Shown here piece after piece: positions 38,443-47,916 of a stretch of 64,000 nucleotides of DNA. The position numbers and the translations under genes are program-made. Origin of the DNA: Minisyncoccota bacterium (GTDB lineage Bacteria > Patescibacteriota > Minisyncoccia > Phycocordibacterales > JBAYGS01). The notes beneath the pieces are model-generated. The model worked only from the letters and a program-made list of their open reading frames with translations, had not been told where the DNA came from and ran no database searches. The DNA lies in contig JBAYGS010000006.1 in the NCBI GenBank assembly GCA_041666545.1, forward strand, positions 1,154-65,153, written 5' to 3'. Each line of letters starts with the position of its first letter. Position 1 is the first letter of the stretch.

Positions 38443-40149
38443 CTACATTACTTCTGGTGATTTGATACCCAATAGATACAGACCGTTTTTCATGACTTGA
38501 GAAAAAGCCCTAACCAATACTAGTCGGTAATATTCACCTTCACCCGAACCGATGATTTTTGTATTCGCATAAAAACTATTAAAAGCGCCTGCAATTTCAA
38601 TCAGATAAGTAGCAATATGATGGGGTGAGAACTCCTGTTGCGCCCTTTCAACAACCTCTGGGAAACGAATCAGGTGTCGCTCTAAAACTCCCACCTCATT
38701 ACAAGGTCCGGCCTTGTCGTACAAGGCCGGACCTTGTAATTTCGCCTTGCGTAAAACCGACTGGGCGCGGGCATAGGAATACTGCAGGTACGGACCGGAG
38801 TCACCCTCAAAAGAAATAGACTTTTCTAAATCAAAGATGATATCGCCACCGATGGCTTGCCTCAAAATCGAGTATTTAATCGCCCCAACCGACACCTCGT
38901 TGGCAATCCGATTCTTTTCTTCGGTCACGAGTTCCCTTTCGGCAATTTTCTCGTGGACCATTGATTCAACTCCCAGAAGTAGCGACTCCCCCGTAATCAC
39001 ATCGCCGGTTCGAGAAGACATCTTACCGGTTGGTAGCCGGAGCATGCCATGAGAGAGATGCTTGGTTTTCCTGGCTAATTCTGGAAAAACTAAACTCATC
39101 GCGCAGAGTAAGACTTTAAAATATTCTTTGATCTCATTTCCGGTCACCACTACCGAAATGTCATAAGAATATTTGTCGTGTTTAACCTTAGACAAACCCA
39201 ACTCTTTCGCTTCATAGGTTGGCAAACCTTCCTTGTTCAGAAAAACTCTGGTATGCAGACCATGGTCTTCTCCTTTGAAAATCACTGCGCCATCACTTTT
39301 TTCAAAAACCCCGTGAGGCAGAAATTCTTCGACAACTTGTTTGCCGATTGGCCCAACTTCGCTTTCGAAGAAATAAAAATCAAATTTGGTTCCGAGCTTA
39401 TGATATATCGTCTCAAAATAATCCAGACTCGCTTTCCTACCCCAATCAAAAAGCTGGTTGATTTTCTCATCACTTCGTTCGTAAACTTTCTTATTCAAAT
39501 CTTGAATCTCCTTCTTGGCTTTCTCACTGTCATCTTTAGCGCCAAAGGCGTAACAGGAACCCAGAAAAGCGACCTGTTCGGAAGGATTATTACTCTTCGC
39601 CTCCGCCAATTCTTTGGCTTTGTGCTCCATTCCCCAAATCGCTTTGGCTACATGGAGACCTACATCACCTTGGTAATTGGCTCTTTTGACTTCAGCACCG
39701 GTATATTCAAAAAGCCTGGCGATTGACTCACCGATTGAATTCGACATCAGGTGACCGATATGAAATTGCTTAAAAGGATTAGGGTCGGTATATTCCACGA
39801 TAACTTTTTTGCCCTTGAGAGATTGGTTTCGGCCAAAATTGCCGTCTTCGACAATTTTGGCCATCTCTTCACCCAAAAATTTTGCTGACAATTTAAAATT
39901 GATGAAGCCAGGGCCAGCCACAGAAATTGACTCAATCTCTTTTAGTTGTCTTTGGGAAATTTCTTTAATAATCAGTTCGGCCAATTCGCGGGGATTCTTG
40001 CCCACCTTCTTAGCACAAGCTAAAGCCACATTAGTCGAAAAATCTCCGTGCGACAAATCAGCCGGATGTTCCAAAACTATTTCCGGAGCTTCAATTTTTA
40101 GATTACCGAGGGCTCCGATAACCGCCTTTTTTAGTTCATTCTGTACCAC
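38443..40149 (-). CDS. argS: Arginyl-tRNA synthetase
   Basis: Class-I HIGH-region HIGH (PFKQFHIGHLMS). DALR anticodon-binding domain. C-terminal ...PEVM. Confidence 0.9.
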   Translation of the reverse strand: MVQNELKKAVIGALGNLKIEAPEIVLEHPADLSHGDFSTNVALACAKKVGKNPRELAELIIKEISQRQLKEIESISVAGPGFINFKLSAKFLGEEMAKIVEDGNFGRNQSLKGKKVIVEYTDPNPFKQFHIGHLMSNSIGESIARLFEYTGAEVKRANYQGDVGLHVAKAIWGMEHKAKELAEAKSNNPSEQVAFLGSCYAFGAKDDSEKAKKEIQDLNKKVYERSDEKINQLFDWGRKASLDYFETIYHKLGTKFDFYFFESEVGPIGKQVVEEFLPHGVFEKSDGAVIFKGEDHGLHTRVFLNKEGLPTYEAKELGLSKVKHDKYSYDISVVVTGNEIKEYFKVLLCAMSLVFPELARKTKHLSHGMLRLPTGKMSSRTGDVITGESLLLGVESMVHEKIAERELVTEEKNRIANEVSVGAIKYSILRQAIGGDIIFDLEKSISFEGDSGPYLQYSYARAQSVLRKAKLQGPALYDKAGPCNEVGVLERHLIRFPEVVERAQQEFSPHHIATYLIEIAGAFNSFYANTKIIGSGEGEYYRLVLVRAFSQVMKNGLYLLGIKSPEVM

Positions 40150-40206
40150 AGGCTAATTCTAGCAAATTAACGAAAAAAGCTCACTCTTGAGCCTTTTCCG
40201 TCGAAA

Positions 40207-41436
40207 TTATTTTCCTCTCAAAACCTGATCAATTTTTTGGGCAATTTTGATGAAATCCTTCTCATTTCTGCCTCTGGTAGTTTCGGCTGGTGTCCCCAAT
40301 CTGATCCCTGACGGATCAAAAGGTGACCTTGTCTCACCAGGAATTGTATTTTTGTTGCAAATAATCCTGGCTTTTTCCAATTTAGCCTCGGCCTCTTTAC
40401 CAGGAATACCGCTACCACCTTTCGGAGCCGTCCAAGTGTCAACCAAAATAAGATGAGAATCGGTGCCACCGGAAATAATGTGCCAACCGAGACGCTTGAG
40501 CTCACCCGCCAAAGCCTTGGCGTTCTTTACGACTTGTTTGGCATATTTTTTGAAAGCCGGACTCATAGCCTCTTTCAAGGCGACCGCTACACCAGCCACT
40601 TGGTTTTCGTGAGGCCCACCCTGAATCCCTGGGAAAACTGCCTTGTCGATTAAATCAGAAATGCTCACCAATTTACCTTTAGAATTTTCAACCGTTTTGC
40701 CCTTACGAGAAAAAATAATCGCCGCTCGAGGACCTCTTAGGGTCTTGTGAGTCGTGGTTGTCACCACATCGGCATAAGGAAAGGGCGACGGATAGGCACC
40801 ACCGGCAACCAAGCCAGCAAAGTGCGACATGTCTACCATAAGATACGAGCCGGAGACATCGGCAATTTCTCGCAACTTTTTGAAATCAACAATTCGCGGG
40901 TAGGCAGTAAAACCGCCGACAATAATTTTTGGTTTTTCGGCCAAGGCCAATTTTTCCAGAGCCGGATAGTCGATAACTTCAGTTTTCTCATTTACTCCGT
41001 AAGAAACTGACTGCCAGAACTTGCCGGTAATCGAAACGGCCTGTCCGTGAGTTAGGTGGCCGCCATGAGTCAAAGACATGCCCATAATTTTCTCGCCTTT
41101 TGGTACCAGCGCCAAATAAACCGCCAGATTGGCCGGTGAGCCGGAGAGCGGCTGAACATTGGCGCTCCATTCGGCCTGATCCAGTTTGAAAAGTTTAAGC
41201 GCCCTTTTTTGGCAAAGCAGCTCAACCTTATCAATCACAGTTTGACCGCCATAGTAGCGTTTGCCGGGATACCCTTCGGAATATTTATTATTGAGCTCTG
41301 AACCTAGTGCCGTTAAAACATCCTTGGAAACATAGTTCTCTGATGGGATGAGGTTAATCACCTGCTTCTGCCTCACTCGCTCGGCCTTTATTAATTTCTC
41401 AATTTCTTTGTCCTTCATATCTTGAAATATTAGCAC
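40207..41436 (-). CDS. glyA: Serine hydroxymethyltransferase
   Basis: TTTTHKTLRGPR PLP-lysine motif. 409 aa. Confidence 0.95.
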   Translation of the reverse strand: MLIFQDMKDKEIEKLIKAERVRQKQVINLIPSENYVSKDVLTALGSELNNKYSEGYPGKRYYGGQTVIDKVELLCQKRALKLFKLDQAEWSANVQPLSGSPANLAVYLALVPKGEKIMGMSLTHGGHLTHGQAVSITGKFWQSVSYGVNEKTEVIDYPALEKLALAEKPKIIVGGFTAYPRIVDFKKLREIADVSGSYLMVDMSHFAGLVAGGAYPSPFPYADVVTTTTHKTLRGPRAAIIFSRKGKTVENSKGKLVSISDLIDKAVFPGIQGGPHENQVAGVAVALKEAMSPAFKKYAKQVVKNAKALAGELKRLGWHIISGGTDSHLILVDTWTAPKGGSGIPGKEAEAKLEKARIICNKNTIPGETRSPFDPSGIRLGTPAETTRGRNEKDFIKIAQKIDQVLRGK

Positions 41437-41584
41437 ATTTTAAATTGGAAACGCAGGCTTGCAAAAGCCAAAATTCGGGTGCTAACTTGAGCACGAATTG
41501 GTGTGTGGGTAAACATTGTGGCCGGTCTCAAATCCTAATACAATTAGTTCCACATTAACCCCTCAAAAAATATGAAAATGAAAT

Positions 41585-41699
41585 CCCGTTAGAGATAGGC
41601 CACCAAGATGGCCGTGCCTGACGGAAAATTCACAAGGAATTATCGAACCAAAATTTTATCACCTAATCACCAATTATGAACAAAAAAATCTCTAACGGG
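41585..41699. mobile_element. MITE-like element copy 3 (115 bp, short form). TIRs are CCCGTTAGAGAT at 41585-41596 and ATCTCTAACGGG at 41688-41699
   Basis: Perfect TIRs. 7-bp flanking direct repeat ATGAAAT (41578-41584 and 41700-41706), which contains the thyA start codon. Internal GGCCA-CCAAGA-TGGCC hairpin. Confidence 0.6.
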
Positions 41700-42614
41700 A
41701 TGAAATCCTTAAGCGAGCGAACAGCCGATAGTCAGTATCAAGATTTGATGCGCAGCGTCTTAAAAAATGGTACCCGAACCCAAAGCCAGCAGGGTGTCGA
41801 CGCCATGACACTGATTGCCCCGATGTCACTCCATTTTAAACTGGCCAACGGTTTTCCGATTCTCAACGAACGCAGTCTTAATCCTAAACGAGCCTCCGAT
41901 TCCAAAAGTGTGGCCGTTTGGCAACAAGCCATTGGAGAGATTTTGGGATTTATAAACGGAGCTCGGACTCAAGCCAAGCTAGAGAAATTCGGCTGTCACT
42001 GGTGGCGCCATTGGGTGACCAAAGAAAAGTGCGAGAAGCGAGGCTTCGAGGAAGGCGATTTGGGCGATGGCTCCTACGGCGCCGCTTTTCATGACTTCCC
42101 AACTGTCGAGGGTGGTACCTACAATCAGTTCAAAAACATTATCGAACAAATCAAGGAGTATCCGCACTTGCGGACACATTTTATTTCCCCGTGGATTCCG
42201 CAATATACGATTCGAGGAAATGGTAAAAGGCAACGGGTTGTGGTGGCGCCTTGTCACGGCTGGATCCATATCAGAATTATCGACAACAAATTGACCCTGC
42301 ACATGTTTCAAAGGTCTTGCGACATCCCGCTCGGCTTACCGCAAAATTTAATTCAATATGCCGCCCTCACAATGGCCATCGCTCAAATCACCGGCTTTGA
42401 AGCCTATGAATATATTCACAGCTTCTCTGATGCCCATATTTATGTCGACCAAATTCCGGCTGTGGAGGAAATGTTAGCCCGCGAGCCAAAGAGGCTGGCA
42501 ACAATGTCCATTGACCCAAACATTAAGGACCTGTTCGATTTTCGGATTGAGCACTTTACCCTATCTGACTACGATCCGCACCCGGCCATTAAAGGTATTC
42601 CGGTGGCGATTTAA
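41700..42614 (+). CDS. thyA: Thymidylate synthase (ThyA-type). The start is placed at 41700, not 41676
   Basis: Catalytic APCHGW. DIPLGLPQNLIQYAALTMAIAQ. The ORF-track start at 41676 reads through the MITE TIR. Confidence 0.85.
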   Translation: MKSLSERTADSQYQDLMRSVLKNGTRTQSQQGVDAMTLIAPMSLHFKLANGFPILNERSLNPKRASDSKSVAVWQQAIGEILGFINGARTQAKLEKFGCHWWRHWVTKEKCEKRGFEEGDLGDGSYGAAFHDFPTVEGGTYNQFKNIIEQIKEYPHLRTHFISPWIPQYTIRGNGKRQRVVVAPCHGWIHIRIIDNKLTLHMFQRSCDIPLGLPQNLIQYAALTMAIAQITGFEAYEYIHSFSDAHIYVDQIPAVEEMLAREPKRLATMSIDPNIKDLFDFRIEHFTLSDYDPHPAIKGIPVAI

Positions 42615-42626
42615 ATTTATAAATTA

Positions 42627-43127
42627 TTGATAACAGATAAAATTATGAATGAGCAATTTCCACAACCTGCCAGCCAACCCGCTCAAGAACAGGAACAACT
42701 TGGACAAACTCTTAAAAAATTAGCCGAGGCTACTGAAGACGCCCACCGAGAAGCCCATCTGGACAAAGCCAATTTACTGAGAAACCTAGACGAAGCTTGG
42801 AAGGAAATTATGGATGTTAACGGGATGACTCTTGAGGCCGCTCACCACAATGTGCTAGTTAGAGATGGAGCCAAACAATATGGCGACGAATGGGTTAAAA
42901 TGTTGCTGGCTGACGCCAAGGCCACTTCTGGTGCAGAAAGACTGCGCAGTGTTAAGGCCCTAAACACTTTAAGACTGGTAGTCGGTGAATCGGAGTTTGA
43001 CGCTCACCTAAAAGTCAATCTGAGTAATCGTGAGACAGTCGGAGAACTTTGGCGCCAAGCCGAAGAAGAAACTGGCACCGGCGGTAAAATCCGAACCTTC
43101 ATTAATTTTCTGCTAGGCAAACAATGA
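42627..43127 (+). CDS. Hypothetical protein translationally coupled between thyA and folA
   Basis: 166-aa ORF. Its stop overlaps the folA ATG (ATGA). Confidence 0.45.
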   Translation: MITDKIMNEQFPQPASQPAQEQEQLGQTLKKLAEATEDAHREAHLDKANLLRNLDEAWKEIMDVNGMTLEAAHHNVLVRDGAKQYGDEWVKMLLADAKATSGAERLRSVKALNTLRLVVGESEFDAHLKVNLSNRETVGELWRQAEEETGTGGKIRTFINFLLGKQ

Positions 43128-43624
43128 TTTCAATTTATGTCGCCATGACAAGAAATCGGGTAATTGGCAGAAACAACGAACTGCCTTGGCGCATTTCGGC
43201 TGATTTAAAAAGACTCTCCCAAACCACTCGAGGTCACAAAATAATTATGGGCCGGAAAACCCACGAATCAATCCTGAAACGATTAGGAAAACCCTTACCA
43301 GAGAGACAAACTATTGTCATCACTCGACAGAAGGATTATGAGGTTCCGGAAGACTGCATCGTGACCGATTCTATCCAAAAGGCCGTCGCACTGGTCTCAC
43401 CAAGCGAAGAGGCCTTTGTTTTTGGCGGAGCAGAAATATATAATTTAGCCATCCCCTATACTGATAAACTTTACTTAACTAAAGTCGAAGCCGAAGTCGA
43501 AGGCGATGCTTACTTCCCGGAGCTGAACTGGGCCGACTGGGAGCTGACCTCAACCGAACCACACCAAAAAGACGAGAAGAACGAATTTAATTATACTTTT
43601 GAAATCTATGAGCGACGCCGCTAA
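43124..43624 (+). CDS. folA: Dihydrofolate reductase
   Basis: IYVAMTRNRVIGRNNELPW N-terminus. GRKTHESI. Confidence 0.85.
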   Translation: MISIYVAMTRNRVIGRNNELPWRISADLKRLSQTTRGHKIIMGRKTHESILKRLGKPLPERQTIVITRQKDYEVPEDCIVTDSIQKAVALVSPSEEAFVFGGAEIYNLAIPYTDKLYLTKVEAEVEGDAYFPELNWADWELTSTEPHQKDEKNEFNYTFEIYERRR

Positions 43625-44096
43625 CAACAACCGATTTATCAATATGAAGCTGATCAGAAGAGACGACCAGCGAGAAGTCATGGAAGAGATCATGAAAAAT
43701 GATCACTGTCCTTTCTGTCGAGAAAATTTGGATAAATATCACAAACGACCGATTATTAAAGAGGGCGAGTTCTGGGTCCTGACCGAAAACCAGTGGCCCT
43801 ACGAGAAAACTAAGCATCAGCTCTTGGCAATCTACCAAAGGCACATTGAACATTTATCCGAGATGGACACTGAAGCCGGCGCCGAGCTAATCGAAATGTT
43901 CAAAGACGAGGCTAAAAAAAGAAAAATGGAAGGTGGCGGTATCGCTATTCGTTTTGGCGTATCCGAACACGGCAACTTCGGCAACACCGTCTTACACATC
44001 CACGCCCACCTGATTGAACCGGATATCAAAGCCCTTGGGCCGGAGGAATCCTGGAAATTTAAATTCGGTCAACCAAAAAATTATCGAAAAGATTGA
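43599..44096 (+). CDS. HIT-family (histidine triad) hydrolase. The start may be the downstream Met at 43644
   Basis: CPFC and a histidine triad HIHAHLI. The ORF overlaps the folA 3' end by 26 nt. Confidence 0.7.
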   Translation: MKSMSDAANNNRFINMKLIRRDDQREVMEEIMKNDHCPFCRENLDKYHKRPIIKEGEFWVLTENQWPYEKTKHQLLAIYQRHIEHLSEMDTEAGAELIEMFKDEAKKRKMEGGGIAIRFGVSEHGNFGNTVLHIHAHLIEPDIKALGPEESWKFKFGQPKNYRKD

Positions 44097-44150
44097 CAAC
44101 AGTCCTCTGCTGAGTAGGATTGGGCAAGAACAATCAACCGAAAGGTTCAT

Positions 44151-44762
44151 ATGTCCCTTGACCTGTCCTTACTCGATGACCCGACTATTGGTTCACTTGG
44201 CGACTGCCGCACTCTTGAATATTATCAGGAGCTGCGTCAAAAAATCCTCAAAGGCGAGTGTCCTTTTTGCGAATTGGACACCGCGCGAAATCCAGTTCTT
44301 CTGGCGGTTGGTAATTGGCGCCTGTGGAAAAATCCTTTCCCCTACAAGCATTCCAAGCATCACTTGGTCATTGCGCACCAGAGCCATCAAGCCGATGTCG
44401 ACAACCTAGCACCTGAGGACTGGAGCGCTTTTGGATCACTTTGCCGCTGGGCGATACATCGGTTCCAAATCCCCGGCGGTGGCATCGCCATGCGATTCGG
44501 AGATGCCAACTACAACGCGAGCACGATTCGTCATCTGCATGCCCACATCCAAGTACCTGACAGGACCGGCAATGTCCGGGCCACCTTTGCCAAGGACCCG
44601 ACTCAGATTGCAACCTGCCGGGAACGAGCAGTGATCTTTGAGAAACTGACTCAAGGTTTTCCCATCGAACAGCTTGCCGCCTCCGAGTGCCTTCTGATCG
44701 AAGGTCGCCTCCCTGCCGAAATGGCTGAACGGCTTGAACAAAGAATTAAAGCGCTACCCTAA
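44151..44762 (+). CDS. HIT-family hydrolase paralog (GC-rich)
   Basis: CPFC and HLHAHIQV. Noticeably higher GC than the first HIT gene. Confidence 0.7.
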   Translation: MSLDLSLLDDPTIGSLGDCRTLEYYQELRQKILKGECPFCELDTARNPVLLAVGNWRLWKNPFPYKHSKHHLVIAHQSHQADVDNLAPEDWSAFGSLCRWAIHRFQIPGGGIAMRFGDANYNASTIRHLHAHIQVPDRTGNVRATFAKDPTQIATCRERAVIFEKLTQGFPIEQLAASECLLIEGRLPAEMAERLEQRIKALP

Positions 44763-44796
44763 AGTCCAACTGCAAACTTCCCGAGTGGGAAGTTTT

Positions 44797-45654
44797 TTAC
44801 TTTTCGCTTTCGACGTAAATTATTTCCACACCTTTAGATTTTAAAATTTTTTCTTGGTCCAAGATGCTATAACCGCCGGCATAAAAAAGTCGTTTGATGC
44901 CAGCAAAAGCAATCTGCTTGGCGCAAACCGGGCAAGGGAAAATCGTCACATACAAGTCAGCTCCTTTAAGCGATACCCCGTCTCTGGCCGCCTCGGCAAT
45001 GAGTTTTGCTTCGCTGTGAATCGCAGTTGAGTACTCGATTCCTACGCCTTTATGTAAGGTTGTTCGAGGGTCGCCATTTGCATATGGGGAATGCTGTGAT
45101 GGTAGATGCTCATTGTGGGCAACTGCAATAATTTTACCGTCTCGCACGATGGCTCCGCCGATGTGTCGCCAGAAATCCGAGCTTTTTTCGGCTTCGATTT
45201 TTAATTTTCCAATCACTTCCCTATCAAAATCAGCTTGGGAAATTTTCTGATCAGCCTCAACCGGTTTCTCTTCCATAGTCTTATGCTTGTCTAAGCGCAA
45301 AAAAACCGAATCAAAAATAACTTCCTGGCCTGACAAAAATTCTTTAGCCACTCTTCTACAAACGTCCTCAGCGGGTAGCACGAAGATGGCTTCATTAGCT
45401 TTGCTAGCTTGAATTAGCTTGATTAGCTTATCCTTTTCCAAAATTTCTACTTCCGGCTTAAAACCTAAACCCTTAATTGCTTCAACCATTAAAATCGGAT
45501 TAAGTTCGCGAATCTCTTTCCTTAAATAATCCTCAAGGGCAATCAGATCTTTGCCTAAAATATAAAAAATCTCGGCATCCTGATGCTTTTCAAAGAAACG
45601 CCGGTAGCCTTCGTGCAAAACCGGCACATAAGCGATTACCGCCTTTTTCATCAT
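44797..45654 (-). CDS. dCMP/cytidine deaminase-family protein with an N-terminal extension of about 140 aa
   Basis: Zinc motifs HSEAKLI and PCPVCAKQI in the C-terminal half. Confidence 0.7.
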   Translation of the reverse strand: MMKKAVIAYVPVLHEGYRRFFEKHQDAEIFYILGKDLIALEDYLRKEIRELNPILMVEAIKGLGFKPEVEILEKDKLIKLIQASKANEAIFVLPAEDVCRRVAKEFLSGQEVIFDSVFLRLDKHKTMEEKPVEADQKISQADFDREVIGKLKIEAEKSSDFWRHIGGAIVRDGKIIAVAHNEHLPSQHSPYANGDPRTTLHKGVGIEYSTAIHSEAKLIAEAARDGVSLKGADLYVTIFPCPVCAKQIAFAGIKRLFYAGGYSILDQEKILKSKGVEIIYVESEK

Positions 45655-46289
45655 TTTTTCTTAGCCTTCTTTTTTTGCCCGGCCCGATCTTTTATTTCCT
45701 CCAAAACTTCTTCGATCACCGTCATAATCCGAGGAGTCAGAGCCTGACCAAGATTTTTGGCAGTGGAAATCTGCAAGCGCCTGATTTTAGCACTAGTCGA
45801 GGTGGTAGCGCGCGGCTCTAGAACCACGACCTCCCCACAATACTTCTCAAGCTCTTTAATCTCTTGCGACGAATAGGTTTCTTTGGTGGCCACTAAAACA
45901 TCCGGCCGAATGTTTTTAGTGAGAGACCATTTGATTTTGGATAATGGTTTTAAAACCACAATATCAACCGGCCGAAGATGGGCCACCATCTCAAGTCTCT
46001 CTTCTTGAGGCACAACTGGTCGCTCCGGACCTTTGCTCGCGCGGACTTTTTCGTCGCTATCAACTCCAACAATCAGCAAATCTCCTTGTTTCTTCGCCTC
46101 CTCAAAATACCTCGCATGCCCGATGTGTACCATGTCATAAGTTCCTTGGGTGAGCACAATTTTAAGACCCAAACCTTTGCAGTGATCGACAACTTTTTTT
46201 AATTTTTTATGATCGGAAAAATAGCGGTGGTTAAAGTTTGAGCCCATGCCGAAAATCCCTTTATTGACCGTCAAATTGGCTTCTGTCAT
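45651..46289 (-). CDS. Cytidylyltransferase-like nucleotidyltransferase (TagD/RfaE-domII/ECT family)
   Basis: TQGTYDMVHIGHARYF (HxGH). ISTAKI-like C-terminal motif. Confidence 0.6.
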   Translation of the reverse strand: MTEANLTVNKGIFGMGSNFNHRYFSDHKKLKKVVDHCKGLGLKIVLTQGTYDMVHIGHARYFEEAKKQGDLLIVGVDSDEKVRASKGPERPVVPQEERLEMVAHLRPVDIVVLKPLSKIKWSLTKNIRPDVLVATKETYSSQEIKELEKYCGEVVVLEPRATTSTSAKIRRLQISTAKNLGQALTPRIMTVIEEVLEEIKDRAGQKKKAKKK

Positions 46290-46395
46290 ACCCAGAGCAT
46301 AGCAAAATTGGCGGGCGTGAACAAATCTTGCGGAAATTCAAAAACCGTTCGCTATTGCGAACGGTTTTTGAATTTTAATTTTAGCTGAATCCTTT

Positions 46396-46821
46396 TTAGC
46401 GGACCACTTCCACACCCATAGAACGACAAGAGCCTTCGATAATCTTCATGGCACCGGCCAAATCTTTCGCGTTTAAGTCAGCCATTTTCATTTCAGCAAT
46501 CTCCTTAATTTTGGCTTTGGTAATTGTGCCGATTTTGGAAAGATTAGGTTTACCCGAACCTTTTTCCTTGCCAATCGCTTTCAAAATCAGACTGGAGGCC
46601 GGAGAGGTTTTGAGAACGAAGCTATAAGTTCGGTCCTCGTAGACTGCAATCTCAACCGGAACTTGGTCGCCCATTCGATCCTTCGAAGCGGCGTTAAACT
46701 TGGTGACAAAATCGCCGATGTTGATACCAGCCTGGCCGAGTGCGGGACCGACTGGCGGTGCCGGATTGGCTTTGCCTCCAGGAATTACCAATTTGAGTTT
46801 TTTAATTATTTTTTTAGCCAT
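46396..46821 (-). CDS. rplK: 50S ribosomal protein L11
   Basis: [22 protein letters not shown]. 141 aa. Confidence 0.95.
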   Translation of the reverse strand: MAKKIIKKLKLVIPGGKANPAPPVGPALGQAGINIGDFVTKFNAASKDRMGDQVPVEIAVYEDRTYSFVLKTSPASSLILKAIGKEKGSGKPNLSKIGTITKAKIKEIAEMKMADLNAKDLAGAMKIIEGSCRSMGVEVVR

Positions 46822-46957
46822 ATTGATTTAAGTTACAATAACCAAGATACAATAACCAAATGGGGCGCAATAATCAAGTTCCAACCTGCAGACCCTGATT
46901 TGGTTATTATGATTTGAAATTTGTTTGGTGTTTGTTTCTTGGTGTTTGGTTATTTTA

Positions 46958-47503
46958 CTAAATTTTCTTAATCTGCAAGAAGTCGAGCTCAACGGGAGTT
47001 TCGCGACCAAACATGGAAACCAAGACTTTGACTTTGCCCCTGGCCTCATCAATTTCACTCACCTTACCTTCCAAATCTTTAAATGGACCGTCGGCAATAA
47101 TAATCGCATCATCAATTGAAAGATCGATGTTGTGCTTAACGACATCAGTATTCATTCGGCGGAACAATTCGTCGACTTCCTTCTTTTCAAGTGGCACAGG
47201 ATAAACTCCGGAACCGACGAAGCCGGTCACGCGCGGCGTGTTGCGAACAACATACCATGAATCATCGGTGACAATCATATCCACCAGGATGTAGCCGGGA
47301 TAAATCTTTTCATCTTCCTCGACTCGCTTACCGCCTTTGATTTTAATTTTCTTTTCGGTTGGCACCAAGACATTAAAAATTCGGTCTTCCATACCCAGAG
47401 ATTCGATACGCTGTTTGAGATTTCTCGCCACTGCATTTTCGTAGCCAGCATAAGTGTGGATGGCGTACCAACTTCTTTCACCTGTTTGTAATTGTTTTGC
47501 CAT
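46958..47503 (-). CDS. nusG: Transcription termination/antitermination factor NusG
   Basis: NGN domain (WYAIHTYAGYENAV). C-terminal KOW. Confidence 0.9.
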   Translation of the reverse strand: MAKQLQTGERSWYAIHTYAGYENAVARNLKQRIESLGMEDRIFNVLVPTEKKIKIKGGKRVEEDEKIYPGYILVDMIVTDDSWYVVRNTPRVTGFVGSGVYPVPLEKKEVDELFRRMNTDVVKHNIDLSIDDAIIIADGPFKDLEGKVSEIDEARGKVKVLVSMFGRETPVELDFLQIKKI

Positions 47504-47521
47504 AGATTACTTTTTAATTAA

Positions 47522-47704
47522 TTAACGAATCAAAAGTCTAGCCAGACCGGAAGAAAAGATAAAATCAAAAACACCGAGCAAGATCGCAACCAGCGCGGAA
47601 ATCGCGATTACCACAATCGTAAAAGTAATAGCCTGCTTTCGGGTCGGCCAGGCCACATGCTTCATTTCACCTCTGGTCTCTTTAATGTAGTTTAGAAATC
47701 CCAT
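47522..47704 (-). CDS. secE: Preprotein translocase subunit SecE
   Basis: 60 aa with a single TM helix. Lies immediately upstream of nusG. Confidence 0.75.
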   Translation of the reverse strand: MGFLNYIKETRGEMKHVAWPTRKQAITFTIVVIAISALVAILLGVFDFIFSSGLARLLIR

Positions 47705-47828
47705 AAGTTTTAATTATAATTGATTTTAGTTTACCCGCACACGCTTAAGTTTAAAAAACTGCCCCGAGAGGTCAGTACTAAGATATTACTCCTATTCGTC
47801 AAAAAAGTCAAATCCAAGAAATTAAATA

Positions 47829-47855
47829 CCGGCAGGAGATTTTGTCCCCTGCCGG
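47829..47855 (-). terminator. Intrinsic terminator of the 47917..48414 gene
   Basis: CCGGCAGG-loop-CCTGCCGG with a T-rich tract on the minus strand. Confidence 0.5.
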
Positions 47856-47916
47856 TCGTGGCCGCTATACAGCCAAGCTGCCGGGCATTCGGCGAACTGT
47901 AAAGCGGACCTGTAGT

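Noticed and set aside
41676-41699. Upstream ATG as the thyA start
   Set aside because: It would translate the MITE TIR (…ISNG). The ATG at 41700 directly follows the element and gives a normal ThyA N-terminus.
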